Origin: Camelus ferus
Lineage: Eukaryota
Assembly (NCBI RefSeq): GCF_009834535.1
Contig: NC_045698.1
Span: 6,264,001-6,328,000 of the forward strand
DNA length: 64,000 nt
Reading direction: 5' to 3'
Within the stretch, counting starts at the first letter, position 1, and each line of letters begins with the position of its first letter. Below are positions 38,944-53,055 of this stretch, in pieces. Position numbers and translations under genes: made by a program. Below the pieces are notes generated by a model that ran no database searches, was not told the origin of the DNA, and worked only from the letters and a program-made list of their open reading frames with translations.

Positions 38944-41900
38944 AGAACACACCCCAACAAATGACAAATGAGGAGTTACACAAGACGATCTCAAAGCACT
39001 AAACAAACACATTTTTGAATGCACAATTTTGCTTTGGAGTTAGTCTGCTGACCCAAAATAAACACTCAGGGCACGCACCTGGATCTGGTTCACAGAAGGG
39101 AAAAAAACTGGACACTCCAACGCTACATGACACACAGTCTGTCCCAGATCCTCTGAAGAGAGGATGATGATTTAGAGATTTTAAAGAATAGTCCTGATTT
39201 ACTTCCATTACTTTTCTTAAAGGCCCAATGAAATAAGACAGAAATATTCTCTAAAGTGTGAAAGCAATATTGAAACAAAAAGAGTGGATATTTTTAAGTG
39301 GAAGAACCCAGGGTCCTATTGCAGTAGCCGCTTGCACATCAGCAGACCCCCTCTGAGCAGCCACCATTCTCTCTCGCACCGTGTTCGTAAATCTTCACTG
39401 CATCACCGTTTGCACACGGGTCTCCCCAGCCCACAGGCTTTTTGAGGGTAAAGCCTGTTTGGTGCAACTTCCTCCTCTATTTGGGTGACTAGCAGCACTG
39501 CCGCCGCCAAAGGGGGATCCGGAGGAGATGAACCTCTCAGGGCCTTTCTAACGGCTGTGTTCACTTGCAGCCAGCAGTCAACCTGCATTCTTTTAAGAGC
39601 CGAAAAGCAGCAAGCATTCCTGTTTTCTTGCTACAAAAAGGTATGTGTCCCCGTGTGTGCTAGGCTATATATGTGTGTGAATCCACAAACATGGACCTGG
39701 CTTCCCTCCTTACACATTGTGGGAGGCACTTCTTGTTATAATACTGTAGAGAGCCCAAGAGAATAAGAAAGTCAGTGCTGCCGCTGGAAGCCTTCTTTAT
39801 TACAGAGGCTGCGATTTGTGGACTTTCTGTAAACACGCATCTCAAGTGAGGGGCACCATTTATTTAGTTTATTCGCTCACTATAATGTCCTTAAATTCTT
39901 AGTCTTTGAGCGTGAACATCAAGCATCCAGACATCTTTTCCTGGCAAATACCTTGAAACGAGAGGAGAACTACTTTTTGTTAGGAGTGAAAACCTATCAT
40001 TGGGAAAAAATGTTTCCTTCTGAAATTGACGATTGAAATGGGTGACCTTGAGCAAAGGAAGTCCCCCCTTTACTTCCATTCATCCATTTTTAAAGGAAAA
40101 AATGCTTCACTATCATATGCTTGCTTCTGAAAACTATAGTAATTTGTATGTATTTTTAGAATTCTTATGAGGAATTTTGGATGAACTGGAGTAAATGACG
40201 TAAACCAAACTGAGGTTGTATTATTTAAGATGAAGGTTTTGGAAGGACAACTATTGGGTTTTGCTTTCACAGCAGTGTTTGGGGGTAGTTGCTCTGGATT
40301 CTTTTAAGTACAAAATAGCAACAAATAGTCTTCTGCTTTCTTACTAGAAAATGATCTTGTGTGTGTGTGTGTGTCTGTGTGTGAGTATCTCACCATACAT
40401 ATACAACTGTAAGAAAAATATGATTTGAGACAAGAAATAGGAAATTCTCTCTATAACCATAAGGATTTGGATGTTATGGTTGTAGCCACACAGCCACACT
40501 TGTGTGGGCTAACGTGGCTTAATTTCTTGGCAAGAAAATGTACACGCAAATTAGAATACTGGAAGGGTTATGAAAAATTCAGTCATGAAGACACAGGCTA
40601 AACCCATACTCATGGCTTGGGCAAACTCTAATTGAAAAGAAAGAAATGTACTGCGTGTAGTGTATTAAAGGCTATTATTTAGCACCTAGGCAACTGTTAG
40701 TAATTTACCAACATCTTATGATTAGTCTTTGTTTGATAAGTAAACATTTATTTTACATAGAAATTAATCTCTAAAACAATTTGTTTTGAGCCTTTGAGAA
40801 ATGTACTAAAAACAAGTGAGTCAGATGGGGCTGGTAAATAAACACAGCTTGTTTTCACCTGCCCGTTGATGCTAAAATAATTCAGCACCACTTTCTTCTC
40901 TTAGCTCATTTGGCTACTTTGATTTAATTTTTAATTCTGCCTTTGTAGCTAAAGGAACTTAGACCAAAACAGAGGTACAATATCTTCTCCTATTTGCCTA
41001 CTCAGCTGACAAGATTCCTGAAGATAGCTTAAGAAGACAGCAGTTTTCTTCTGCCTTTTGCCCAGCGTGTTTGTTTGTGGAGTCCTACTTGGAGCCTTGG
41101 GAGCAGCTGGTCTGTTTTCCATTAGTCACCTGCACTGTGATTCCTTGATGACAGCACAGCTACGGTCTTAACCAGGGCTGTCTAGGGGGGTCTCCTCCCA
41201 TCAGTTCCTTAACCTAGTGCCTTAGCTTTCTCACCTGTAAAATGCGCATGTAAAGAAAGCCATCATAATGTCTGGGAGTGTTAACCAGACAAGGTGTTTA
41301 CAATGATGCGCAGGGAGCCTGGTACAGGGGGCATCTTTGGCCTGCACTGCAGCCTGGGAATGAAGAAGGGACGCAGGGCGGGAAAATATTAGAGGCCCTT
41401 CAAAGTGGATCACTTGAGAAGTCATCCCCTGTCCATGAAAATGCAGATGGTCACAGCATCCCATAATATCCTAGCAGAGTTACACACAGGGGAATGGATT
41501 TACCCAACTGGCAAAATAAGCTTAAATTGAACTGGCAGCCAAGTTTGCATGTCGATTTCACTCCCTTGGTAACGTGATTATCTAGCCGAAAATTATCTTC
41601 GAAACTTGTTCTTATCTGAGTTGACGTGCAGCTGACTTTTTATTAGCTCACATTCCTTAAGTAATTAGGTAAGATTTCGTGTCCTAAAAGATAGCTGTAG
41701 GAACATTTATTTAATCTAAAATTCTTACATCATGAACGATGCATTTGGAACATCCACTGCCAAGGTCAAAGCCCTTCTGTTACTTCCTTTCACCAGTATG
41801 GAAATATTTGGAACTCTCGGGTGTTTTTTTGGCTCCCTAAGCTAGGACCCCATCATTTAATGGAACTGGGAAATGAAAAACATGTATGTTTTATCAACAT

Positions 41901-43304
41901 CTTTGCTTATAATTTAAAGCACAAGAAACAATTTTCTTTTGCTCTTCTTTTGGCCAAGTTATTGTGGGAAATTATGTTTCTCAAATAAAGAGCTTTCAGT
42001 AACTGTCTTCTTATAATTCAGATTGTTCGGCTAGATTCCTATTACTTCATGAATAGACCCTGCCAAAACTTACAGGTAAGGTCCTAAATATCCAACTTCT
42101 AGCAATTATATTTTTGAAATTAAAAGCCAAAGTAATATTATCCAAATAACATTTTCAACAAAAACACAGGCATGAAAAATCTAAGTATCATTGATCTATC
42201 CATCTATCCGCCCATCCACGCATCCTTATTTCAGGAATCACTGTTGGAGGGTCTGTACTGTGGGCAAGACGCTAAGCTGCATCCTCAGGGGACTGCAGAT
42301 GCTAATGGAGAAAAAAAGCAGGGGAAGTTCAGGGGAGACGTGAAAGCACCAGACGCCCACACCAACTACGTGTAACGGGAGTTCAGATGCAGCAGGGACT
42401 TGATCTTAAATAACATGAGGACCTGCTCATTGACACTGTGGCCAGTGCCATGGGCCACTCAGCCTGGGATGCTGTGTCCGACAGACCAACCAGTTTTATA
42501 CCAAGGGGCATTTTCCTCCTCAGTCACAGCGCCAGAGGTGGGACACACCCAGCAGACGAGTTGCCTTGAGCATCTAATTCTGGCTAAATGGTCCATGCCT
42601 TAACAGCAGAATGTCACTGCAAGTGCAAAACAAATGGCAACTGCCGTGCAATCTTACCCACCTTAGGAAAAACATAAAGTCTTCAGTGCAGAAAGTAAAA
42701 GACCCGCAGGTTACAATATAAGTTATCGAAATAGTTGGGTATTTCATCCTAAGTTTTTTTCTTAATAAAGTTAAAAGTTTTTGTGCCCCATTTGTATGTG
42801 TTCAAAATGTATGCACAGGGTCGCAGCAGGAGTGATGGCGAGCACAGTGGGAGAGAAGTCTGCCCAAGGCTGTGGCCACAACCGATGGCCAAGGTTCACC
42901 ATAAGGCCCACGGCTGGGGTGGGGCTCCCTGACCTCCCCCATGATTCTGCTGGCTCTCCCCCTAAGGCTGGGAGCTGCATTTACAGGAGGCCCCCAAGAT
43001 CCCAGAGAGGGATGGGACTCCAACCTGGGGATAAAGGCATGGTCCTTTCTGGGTAGACGACACCATCTCAATGCAGTAATATAAATACATAATGACTTTC
43101 ATAAGATCCTTCCAAAATGAACTATCACAGAAGTGAATATTCTGTCTAAATGAAGTGACAACATCATAACACAATCATCTGTCTAAGACTGCTACTGATG
43201 GATTTATTTTCAAAATTTATAACCTTCTCTCCCAGAGCTTAATTCAATGGCTTATTAATGTCTTGAGGTTATAATTAAATTTACTTATTACTGAAAATAC
43301 TTTT

Positions 43305-43590
43305 AACAGACTCTCAGATATAGGAAACAATCTTCTGGTTATTGGGGGAAAGGGAGCGGGAACGGATACATTTGGGAGTTTGAGATTTGCAAATATTAAC
43401 TGTTATATATAAAAATAAGACAAAAAACAAACTTCTTCTGTATAGCACAGGGAACTATATTCAATCCCTTGTAATGAGCTTTAATGAAAAAGAATATGAA
43501 AAGGACTATATGTATGTATATGCATGACTGGGACATTGTGCTGTACACCAGAAATTCACACAAAACTGACTACACTTCAATAAAAAAAGG
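43305..43590 (+). mobile_element. Truncated L1 3' end (artiodactyl-type)
   Basis: gggagtttgagatttgcaaata...tatagcacagggaactatattcaat...cttcaataaaaaaa. Confidence 0.85.
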
Positions 43591-44794
43591 AAAGAGTTTA
43601 CAGAGTAAGAAAAGCAAGCGATGTGTTAGGGTGACTATAGACATCTATGTTTTCTCTTCTCTTGTGACAGAAGAAAACCAGTTTTCTTCTTTCAGATCAT
43701 TCCTCAGTATTAGAAGTTACTTGGCTTTATTACACCGTGAAATGTTCTAACCCACAATCAGACAGAATGTTGCAGTCAGGGGAGTGAGATGGAAGGATTT
43801 TTCAAACAAGAGTTCACATGGGCAGGCAGGCATGACACCAGCAGATAGAAGCCTAAATATATATTTAATATATATAATATACAATTATATATAACATATG
43901 TATATATATAATTTCACAAAATAATAATCAAAGTACTATGTGAGAGGTTCTAATGCAAGAGAGTTTGAATGGTAGGTTGGGGTGGCTGCCTCGAAGAACA
44001 CAGCTGTTAATTGCAATTCTATGACTCCAAGTCACCAGCAGGACAAAACTCAGAGCGCTGAGCTTCCCAGATTCAGGAAATTAGATCAACTGCACTGTCT
44101 CAACCCCTCCCATCTGGGGGCCTGTACCAGAGCCATGCGGTACCGTCTTGTAAATCCACAAATACATCCTGTGGCTTCAGGCCTCTCTGCCTTTGCTGGA
44201 ATATGTGATTCTCTTACATTCACCACTCCCTCCAATACCACTCCCTCCTTCCTGCTACCTCTGTGCCCTGGAGAGAAACAGCCTAGGACGCAGGGACAGG
44301 GACCTTCTGCACAGGGGTGTCTCCAGGGACTTGGGAAGACACCTGCTACCTGTCTTTCACTTTCTGTTTCTAACTCAGCACTGGACACCTGCTATTTGTC
44401 ACACAGCAGAAGACTTCCCGGCTCTTCCTCCATCAAACATGGCACTAGTGGGGTCCACGCATCAGAAAACCAGCCTTAGCATTTTGCGCTTTGATAACTT
44501 TTCCTCAGTGGTCCTCCAGACCTTTAAAGATACTGAACAATCTTTCAAACAATAAACAATACGCACACAGATAAAGATCACGTGGCTTTGGTTCAAGTGG
44601 GGTGGGGGCAGGAGCCTGTCCAGCTGAGCACCCCGCCCCAACTCCACCTGCTCAGTGCAGGGGCTCAGCACGGCGCCATTTGCCAAACACACAGTAAATG
44701 AACGTTGCCCTACATCTAATGATTGGCCATTGACCAGCAGTCCCTGACCTTTGAGACACAGGTGAGAGTGCTGGCAGGGGTCCTTGACTTCACC

Positions 44795-45070
44795 ACTCTT
44801 ATTTCTTTGCCTTGTCGTACTGAATTGGCTATGATCTCCAGAACAACACTGAACGTTAGCAGTGCTGGCAGGAATCCTTGGCTCTTCTTTGACCTTAGTG
44901 AAAAATCTTCCAACCTTTCACCATTATGTACGATGGTGTTTGCTGTATCATTTCAATAGATACCCTCCATAAGGTTAAAGCAGCTCCCTTCTATGCTTTG
45001 TTGACTTTTAAAAAACTATTAGGAATGAGTGTTGAATTTTACCATTTGTTTTGCATCTATTGGAATGACT
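44795..45070 (-). mobile_element. Old L1 ORF2 fragment
   Basis: The reverse strand gives an L1 ORF2-like peptide (VVLEIIANSVRQGKEIR, ORF 44716..44913). Confidence 0.65.
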
Positions 45071-45269
45071 ATAGCATTAGGCTAAAATGTATTATTTACA
45101 AGATTCTCCACTTGCTCATCATAAATGTCACATTATGAGTATGAACATGTGAATGTAAATATTTATATATGTATAATTTATATTTATACATAAAGTCTGA
45201 TGAATTAGCACTCTGCAAGGTTGCTCAACGTGTACACTGCACAAAAGAAGGTCCTAATAACAATATCCT

Positions 45270-45428
45270 ATTGCAGGGAGCTATACTCAGTAGCTTGAAA
45301 GAGCCAACAATGAAATAGAATATGAAAAAAGAATATAAATAGATATATACGTATGACTGAAGCACTATGCTGTGCACCAGAAACTAGCACAACATTGCAA
45401 ATCAACTGCACTTCAATTTAAAAAAAAG
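45270..45428 (+). mobile_element. Short truncated L1 3' end
   Basis: cagggagctatactcagtagcttg...gtatgactgaagcactatgctgtgcaccagaaac...cttcaatttaaaaaaa. Confidence 0.8.
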
Positions 45429-45744
45429 GAGATTCTGGCAGAGGGGCATGTAAGGGCTGAAATTCAGCCTGCATCTTCTCCGAAGCCTTGTGTTTTGGCA
45501 GACAGCTGTCTGTCCTTAGAGGAAGGGGCTTAACACATGCCGGCTGCCTGCCAGGACCTGGGCCTGTGGTGCTGTGGCCCTCGGAAGGGGAAGCTTGGAC
45601 TGCCTCACACAAGGGCACCTTACAGGTTAGCAGTGCTCTGGGTCTCACCTATTTCTACTCCTTAGGGCCAGCACCGTTTACCAAGCAGTTTAACCACTGG
45701 ATGTGTGATCTTGCGAGAACTTGCTAACAGGAATCTCTCACTTT

Positions 45745-46505
45745 TATATATATTTATATATTTTTATTGAAATACAGTGTCAGTTTGCAATGTTGTGTCA
45801 ATTTCTGGTGTACAGCACAACACTTCAGTCACACATGAATATACATATTTGTTTTCATATTCTTTTTCACCATAAGCTACTACAAGGTACTGAATATAGT
45901 TCCCTGTGCTATACAGTATGAACTTGTTTTATCTATTTTATATACAGTAGTTAGTATCCGCAAATCTCAAACTCCCAGTTTATCCCTCCCCATCCCCTTC
46001 CTCCTAGTAACCATAAATTTGTTCTCTATGTCTGTGAGTTTGTTTCTGTTTTGTAAATAAGTTCATTTTGTCTTTTTTTTTAAAGATTCCACATGTAAGT
46101 GATATCATATGGTATTTTTCTTTCTCTTTCTGGCTTCACTTAGAATGACAATCTCCAGGTCCATCCGTCTTGCTGCAAATGGCATTATTTTATTGTTTTT
46201 TATGGCCAAGTAGTATTCCATTGTATAAATATAGCACAACTTCTTTATCTAGTCATTTGTTGGTGGACATTTAGTTTGTTCCCATGTCTTGGCTATTGTA
46301 TATAGTGCTGCTATGAACATTGGGGTACATGTGTCTTTTTGAATTAAAGTTCCCTCTGGATACTTGCCCAAGAATGAAATTGCTGGATCATAGGGTAAGT
46401 CTATTTTTAGTATTTTGAGGAATCTCTGTACTGTTTTCCATAGTGGCTGCACCAAATTACATTCCCACCAACAGTGTAGAAGGGTTCCCTTTTTTCCACA
46501 CCCTC
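45745..46505 (-). mobile_element. Relatively young 5'-truncated L1 (about 760 bp), sense to SEMA5A
   Basis: ORF2 C-terminal peptide VQPLWKTV...DTCTPMFIAALYTIAKTW (ORF 46249..46455). Flanking tctcacttt at 45736-45744 and 46512-46520, followed by aaaa, fits an L1 endonuclease site. Confidence 0.9.
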
Positions 46506-49500
46506 AGTGTTTCTCACTTTAAAACAGATTTCTTTCTCTGTCCACTGCTCAGAATCCCTGCCACCATCTCTATGATCCATCTCACCTCTGGAACTATAGC
46601 TCTAAGTTCTAATGCCTTCCCCTACTCGAAGAGGTGGCCATGAGAAACGGCACGCGAACGATTAAGTAAGGGAGAGAGATACAAATGCAACTTAAAATGT
46701 TGAAGACATGACTCTTCTCTGCATGCGTTCTTGCAAATATGATGACTCTTTGGGGACTCCCTGAGAGAATGCTTATCTGTTGCCGGTTTTAATTTGTGAA
46801 AGTTCTCCCTTAATCTGAGTGCTGCCAGTGCATTTCACACAATTCACTGAGCAGCTACCCTGCACGAGGTACTGAGACAATGCTGAGGATGCAGGAGTGA
46901 ACCACAGAGACAGGGCATCTGCCACTGAGGGGCTTGGAATCTCACTGTGTTCTCTGCAAAGTATCCCCAGGCTGCCTGGGGCACCTCCCCTCTCTAGCGG
47001 AAAGGACTATAAAAAAAAATCCCATCAACGTTCTCTAAATTCAGGCTTACCAAGGAGTTCACTGCGGTACAGTTACAAGGACATGATTTACAATTTAAAA
47101 CCGTGTCAAGCAAATATCTGCCTTCCACTGAGATGTACGTAAAATGTCTGCAAAGCACTGGATTGTAAACCTTTCTGCTCTACACTAGCCCCTTATTGTT
47201 TTTAACTTGATTACACGTGCTGGCAGTTAATTCAGATTCCTTTCAAGCAAATTAGGCAAACCCGATAAACGTACAGTAAACTCAAACCTGCACCTATTCA
47301 GAGGACTCCCCTACACAAATATCAACATAAGAGCAACGAATGGGGAATTTTAAATTCTGCTAAAGAACAAGAAACAATGACTACTGGGGAAGAAGTTATA
47401 ACTTCCATTAATTAGGGTTTTTTTTTTGCAAAGATTCAGATAAAAGATATGTGTAGTGTCAGAATTTTAAAAATTAACAATTTTTATCGGGATGAAGTTG
47501 GGTTTCCTTTGGCCAGATTCCTCTCATTATGCTGTGATTCCTGGGATGCATCTAAGAATAACACGATCTGTGAGCACCAAGGATGACAGATAAGATAGAG
47601 CGTGAGAGGCTCCAAGATCACATGAGATACGTGCGCCGAAGTCCGCCGAATCTCCACGAAGGCACACATGTGAAATTACGTCTCCTCAACAGCCTGAGGG
47701 ATTGGGGTTTTCAAAATATAATATCAATCCCAAGGGACCAGAAGCATTTACATTTCCAGTTTAATGGATGTGCAGGCTAAAGACCATTTGTTCCAATGAG
47801 GTTCGCAGTACACGGGAAAACATAACAAATCTACTGGAGGTTGACAGGCAAATCTCTATTCTTCCACGCAGACAGTGGGAACGCCTCTGTGGACATGGCG
47901 GGGTAGGGGAGGCGGGTACCAGAAACAAGCCACGTGCACACATAACCTCAGAGAAACGCCAGCATATCATCCAATTCCAGTGCGAACCCATCCTGCTGGG
48001 GCAAACTACTGGGAACACCATTTGTATTCGAAGTCCCATTGAGCACTGGTCCTCCTAACTCTCGGTAACCTCTAAGAGTAACACCCAAAAGACTTCTCAA
48101 ATGGTGACATGGGGCTTGTCCAGAGAAACGCATCTCATGCACAGAGGGCTTAAAATTACAGGCTTGACCCCTTCCATCCTCAGGACACCTGTAGCGTCTG
48201 TCTATTCAGTATGGCGCTTGCTAGCTGGAGTTGACGTTACCGGGTTGTCAGTGTCTCTCCTCCAAGGCTGGGAGCTCCTTGAGGTCAAGGACAGCAAGCT
48301 TAACCAGATTCACATTCCGCCCAGCCCACATCCCAAGCCACGGCTCATACTCATAGTTGTTTAAGACATGCTTATTGAGGGCATAGAGCTGGACTTCAGT
48401 TGTGTGCATGAAATGCATCAAGGGAAATAAAACAACATTTGATTAACAGGCTGGATGATGGTCTGAAAAGGGCTCAGGGACATTACTTTTAAATTCTTAT
48501 TTACAAAGGAGAGCTCAAATATTGGAATCTGTGCAACTTTCAAATATTAAATTCAGACTTTCTTTTCTAATTGGGTGCCCTGCATTAGTTCTATATATTC
48601 GAGTCTTGCCTATGGGGGTCTGATAAGGTCTTGGAAGGTCACTGCCAAGTATAATCTAATATCAAAACCAATTTTAATGAACTTCACACACTTACTGCAG
48701 GCATACTGGCTTCCAGTGCTAAATTTGGTTCGTTTAGAGAAGCCTTGTAAAGCTAATTAGGAAGAATTTGAAATAACTTAAGAATATGAACAAGAAATGA
48801 AATGTTCATAAGCTAATATCATGGGAAGAAAAATTAAATATGAACTACAGTCAGCTCTATTGGGGAAGGAAGAGTCTCTGTGAAAGAAGACTAGTCACAA
48901 AATATATTCCTTTATAAGAAACGGTAAGAAAGAACCAAGAGTAGATAAGAACTATATAATGGAATAATCACATCATTTGAAAAGATGTTGATAACATTTC
49001 CCCAAACTGTCATCATCTTTTAAAAAAATGAGTGCATACATTTGATAACTGGGCTCATTTATTTATCATCTTACACTCTGCCAGGTATCGAAGACCCATT
49101 CATAAATAAAATAGATATTGTCCCTGACTTTAAAATCTTAAATATCTTTTTTTCATTTAATAAGTTTAAAAACAAATTAATTCATCTCATGTTAATGTGA
49201 TAGAACGTTCCTCTCTGAAATAGGACAAAGTCCAAGTTTATATGATATATTTGGGGGCAACATTGAGCTTAATTTATGGGTTTTTTTTTTAAGTTTTAGA
49301 GTCATCTACCAAACTCGAAGTAATGATTGCGGGAAAGTAGAATAAGGAGTCCAGACGTACACATCCATGCAGATTTGCACGCGTGATATCAGGTATGTAT
49401 TTACAATTATATAGCTTCTTTTTGATGGTAAAATAAATTTTTTTTTTTTTTGCTGTAAGGAAAAATAATTGAAACACGATGCAGCGTATGTGTTGGACAT

Positions 49501-52500
49501 CACTGATGGAGTTACACTGTAGAACTAGTAACACAAGAAAGTCAGCCTAGCTCCAACTATGCGAGTGCAACAGCAAGTTGATGATAGCCAAGTGGCCGCG
49601 CCACCCCTCACCCCGCCCCGAGCCGCAAATTCAAGACCTTTCAGGAAAGAAACACCTTCTGTTCCACATCTGAGTCCTGCCACATTCCTTTTCGCATCCT
49701 CAAGCCACACACATGATACTACTCGTGGCTCCCAGGCTATTCCCCACACCCTTAGATCCGCAGCCTCGTTCATGTTCCTTTCACAGAGAAGCCCCCATTC
49801 CCATCCTAACTTGGCCAAGTCCTGGCCACACCCTTGGGGGCCCTTGAACCATCCAGCCAGAGGTAACCTGTCTCTCCCCTGGAGTCCCTGCTTTCTCTTA
49901 ATTGTTCCATTGGAGGAAGTAAGGACTTCCTCCTTATGGTCTAGCCATGAGATTGACATTCTCTCTCCCACAGTTATGAATTTTCTTGAATGTATCTGCA
50001 TATCTTCATCTTCCACTGTCCCTTGTACAGTTCTTTACACACAGTAAATAGTCAGCGTTTTTTGCTTGACTAGATACGCAGATGAAAAAGTCTGAAAATT
50101 CGACAGAGCATGGGACGGAAGGCATGAATCAGTGACCAAAGTCATTGAGAATTTTCTTTTCTTCCATATGTAAAACTATTTAGAAATTAATATTTCTTGC
50201 ATATTTAGAAATTAATTTCAGAAGGGATCACACCAAGCATTAGAGAAATTAATTACTAAAAACAGCTCATGGAGCAGGAGGAGTTCCCCTCTACCCATCA
50301 CTTCCAGATGTCAAGGCTCATCACTAAAAGCAATTAGCAGCCGCAAGAAGATCAGAGAGAGAAATCAGCTACAGAAGCTTCATAAGGAGAGGTGCCTGCT
50401 CCTCGCAGAGGGCTCTTGACGTCTGGATTCCATCTGTTTGCCCCGGCTATTTTTGTCTCACTCTTTTCAGAGGCTACGGTTCGTGTGTTTCTGCAGAGCC
50501 TGCATAATTTTACGAGGCAGATTCCAGGGCCTCCTCCTTTCAGTCACCGCCACCTCTTTCTCCCACATGATGATGTCCTTGGAAATCTGCTTTCTAATAG
50601 TCTCAAACTGGGCGATGTCACGGGACATAGACTGAAACAGATGTGGAAAACTTTTCACATCACGATGGAAGCAAGGTGCCAAATAGCAGCGCATGGGATG
50701 CAGCGTGGCTTATAAAAGAAGGCAAGAATGTGGCGGGGTGGGATCCAGTTCTATCTGCAAGAGCCTTTAGTGCAACTATTTCTTTCAAACCAGAGCCTCA
50801 TGCGATGCTGCAAGTCAAACAGATTTTGCAAAAAAAAAAAAAAAAAAAAATGCTGTGGAGTGAAATGAAGAGACAGCTGTCCTAAGAATGCCTGCTATTG
50901 TAGCACAGAGCAAAATAATTAAGCTTTTTTATTTTTCTGACAAATGTTGAAGGCTTCTAAATGTAACCTTGTATTTCTATTGAGAAATACTAACAAAAAA
51001 GCCCCTAAATGTAGCAGCAGCCTCTTGATTCTGCCTTGTATTCACGCAAAGGAGCTCTGAGCTAGGCTCTTGTTCTTAGGAAATGCGAGGATTAATGAAG
51101 AGATAGCACTTGGCAGGAAAGAAACCGCAGCATCTGTGAAAAATATTCAATGTTTTAAAATCATTTTTTGATGTTCCAGCATCTGTTGCTTCCTTCTTTA
51201 CTTAATTACAAGTTGCTTCGGAAATTATTATGTATGTGTGTTGTTTTAACAACTGAAATTATACATGTTCAGTAATTCCATTGGAGGCACTCAGATGAAA
51301 TAATAAAAAAAAAAGGGGGGGGGAATGAAAATCTTAAGCAAAACACCAATTAAAACATATTGTTGATATAATTAAACACTTACGTTACTTCCCCCCAAAG
51401 GAAGAACTGTCTGTCATGAGCAAAACCAAATGACAAGTATAATGTGACCAAAACTTGTCTGAAGCCCCTCTGAGTGCCCTAGTCTACGTGTGAACTATTC
51501 CTGCAACACACCTCTCTCCTGCTAGGATCTCCTGCTAAATCGAGACTGGTACCAAAGTACATTGTGCACAAGGGCGCCCACAAACAAAGGCACGTTAATG
51601 AACAGAGTGGCGAACAGACCATTTCTGTTCAAGCTGCACAAGTGAAGCCTCCTTCCTCAGTTTTAAGCAGGAACCATGAGTCCCTTATTCATGTGGTATC
51701 CCCAGAGCCCATCACGGGCCAGAAGCTTAATATTTATTAAATAATAATGACAGGAAAGCGGGTGGAAAACAGAGATGCTCAGATTCTAGCTGCATCAGTG
51801 TGAGAGCAGGCAAACATCTACTAAGCCTGCGATGTGTGCAGGGCTTGTAAACCCGGGTCAACCAAATGAAGACCATGTCACGAAAGAGGCACAGTCAGTT
51901 AAGCAGATGACAAAAGGCTTCGATGGGAGGGATGTCCCCCCAGGTTTTTGTTCGCTGGTTTATTTCCTTGGTTTTAGGAACGAGTCAGCTGCGGCAGAAT
52001 GTTGGCTTCTAAAACATGGAAACTACAATAGATCAGACCTCAGTTCTCTCCACCTTTCCCATAAGCTGGTTGAGTAGAGTTAGCATCACGTAGAGCCATG
52101 GGTCTCAGATTGTGATGGCGGGACGAACAGAGCGTTCTCGTGCGGCCGTGGCCCAAGCTGCTCTACGGCGTGAAAAGCCCTCCTAGAATCGTGGCCCCAG
52201 CCTGTGCGGTGACCTGCTGGACTGAAACATGACTTCTAAAAACTGGGGGGGAGACGGAAGTACCAGAAGATGCCAGCAGTTGCAAAACCCCATCCTTGAT
52301 GCTACAAACTGCACACTGAGGACAGGAAGCCGTCAGCTCCAAGTGAGAGGGGAGGCAACAGAGCACATCATCTAAAGGCCAATCTGACTGGATAACTAAA
52401 CAGGTTTTTAAAAATCATGAACAAGCAAAGCCTGTTTAAACTCCAAGAGAGTGTTCTCTTTAATTACAGCAGCCAGTGCCCAGCGTAACGAGAAGTAGAC

Positions 52501-53005
52501 AAGGTGAGCTATGGAAATTGACCAAAAATAAGTGCCCAACTTGGCAGGGATATCAAATCGACTTAATGCCCTACAGGAGCATTCTCCGTGGATAATCCAT
52601 GACTAGCACAAAGTGTCAGCAGGGCCACAATCAAAGACTGAAGATGCATTTGGAAAAGATTATTCCCTGATTGTTTTTATAGGGACGTCCACTAAGGCTT
52701 TAAATTTAGAAAGCCACATTGAATTACTCATTTTGTGGCAGTTAAAAATCTGCCATCCTTTAAAACAGAGACCTGGGGTTTCTAGAGCTGAGTATTTATT
52801 TATGTCTTTGGAAAGTCTGTTTGTTCTGGGTGTACTGTGTATTCATGTAGGCCTAAAAAAGATTTTTAGACTCATGGCCATTTAGTGGAAATTGCTATGA
52901 CTGAGAATACTGTTACTGTGTGTGTCATTAAGTAAAATTTAGGTATTTTAATATCAGGCATCGGAAGAATCTTTACCATGGAATTTATTGGTAAACCGGA
53001 AAGAA

Positions 53006-53007
<2 letters not shown>

Positions 53008-53054
<47 letters not shown>
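53008..53054 (+). repeat. (GT)23 microsatellite
   Basis: Direct reading. Confidence 0.97.

Positions 53055-53055
<1 letters not shown>

Noticed and set aside
50711..50718. TATAAAAG as an antisense promoter (also at 29381 and about 5119)
   Set aside because: Isolated 8-mers are expected by chance in 64 kb, and there is no supporting CpG island or exon structure.
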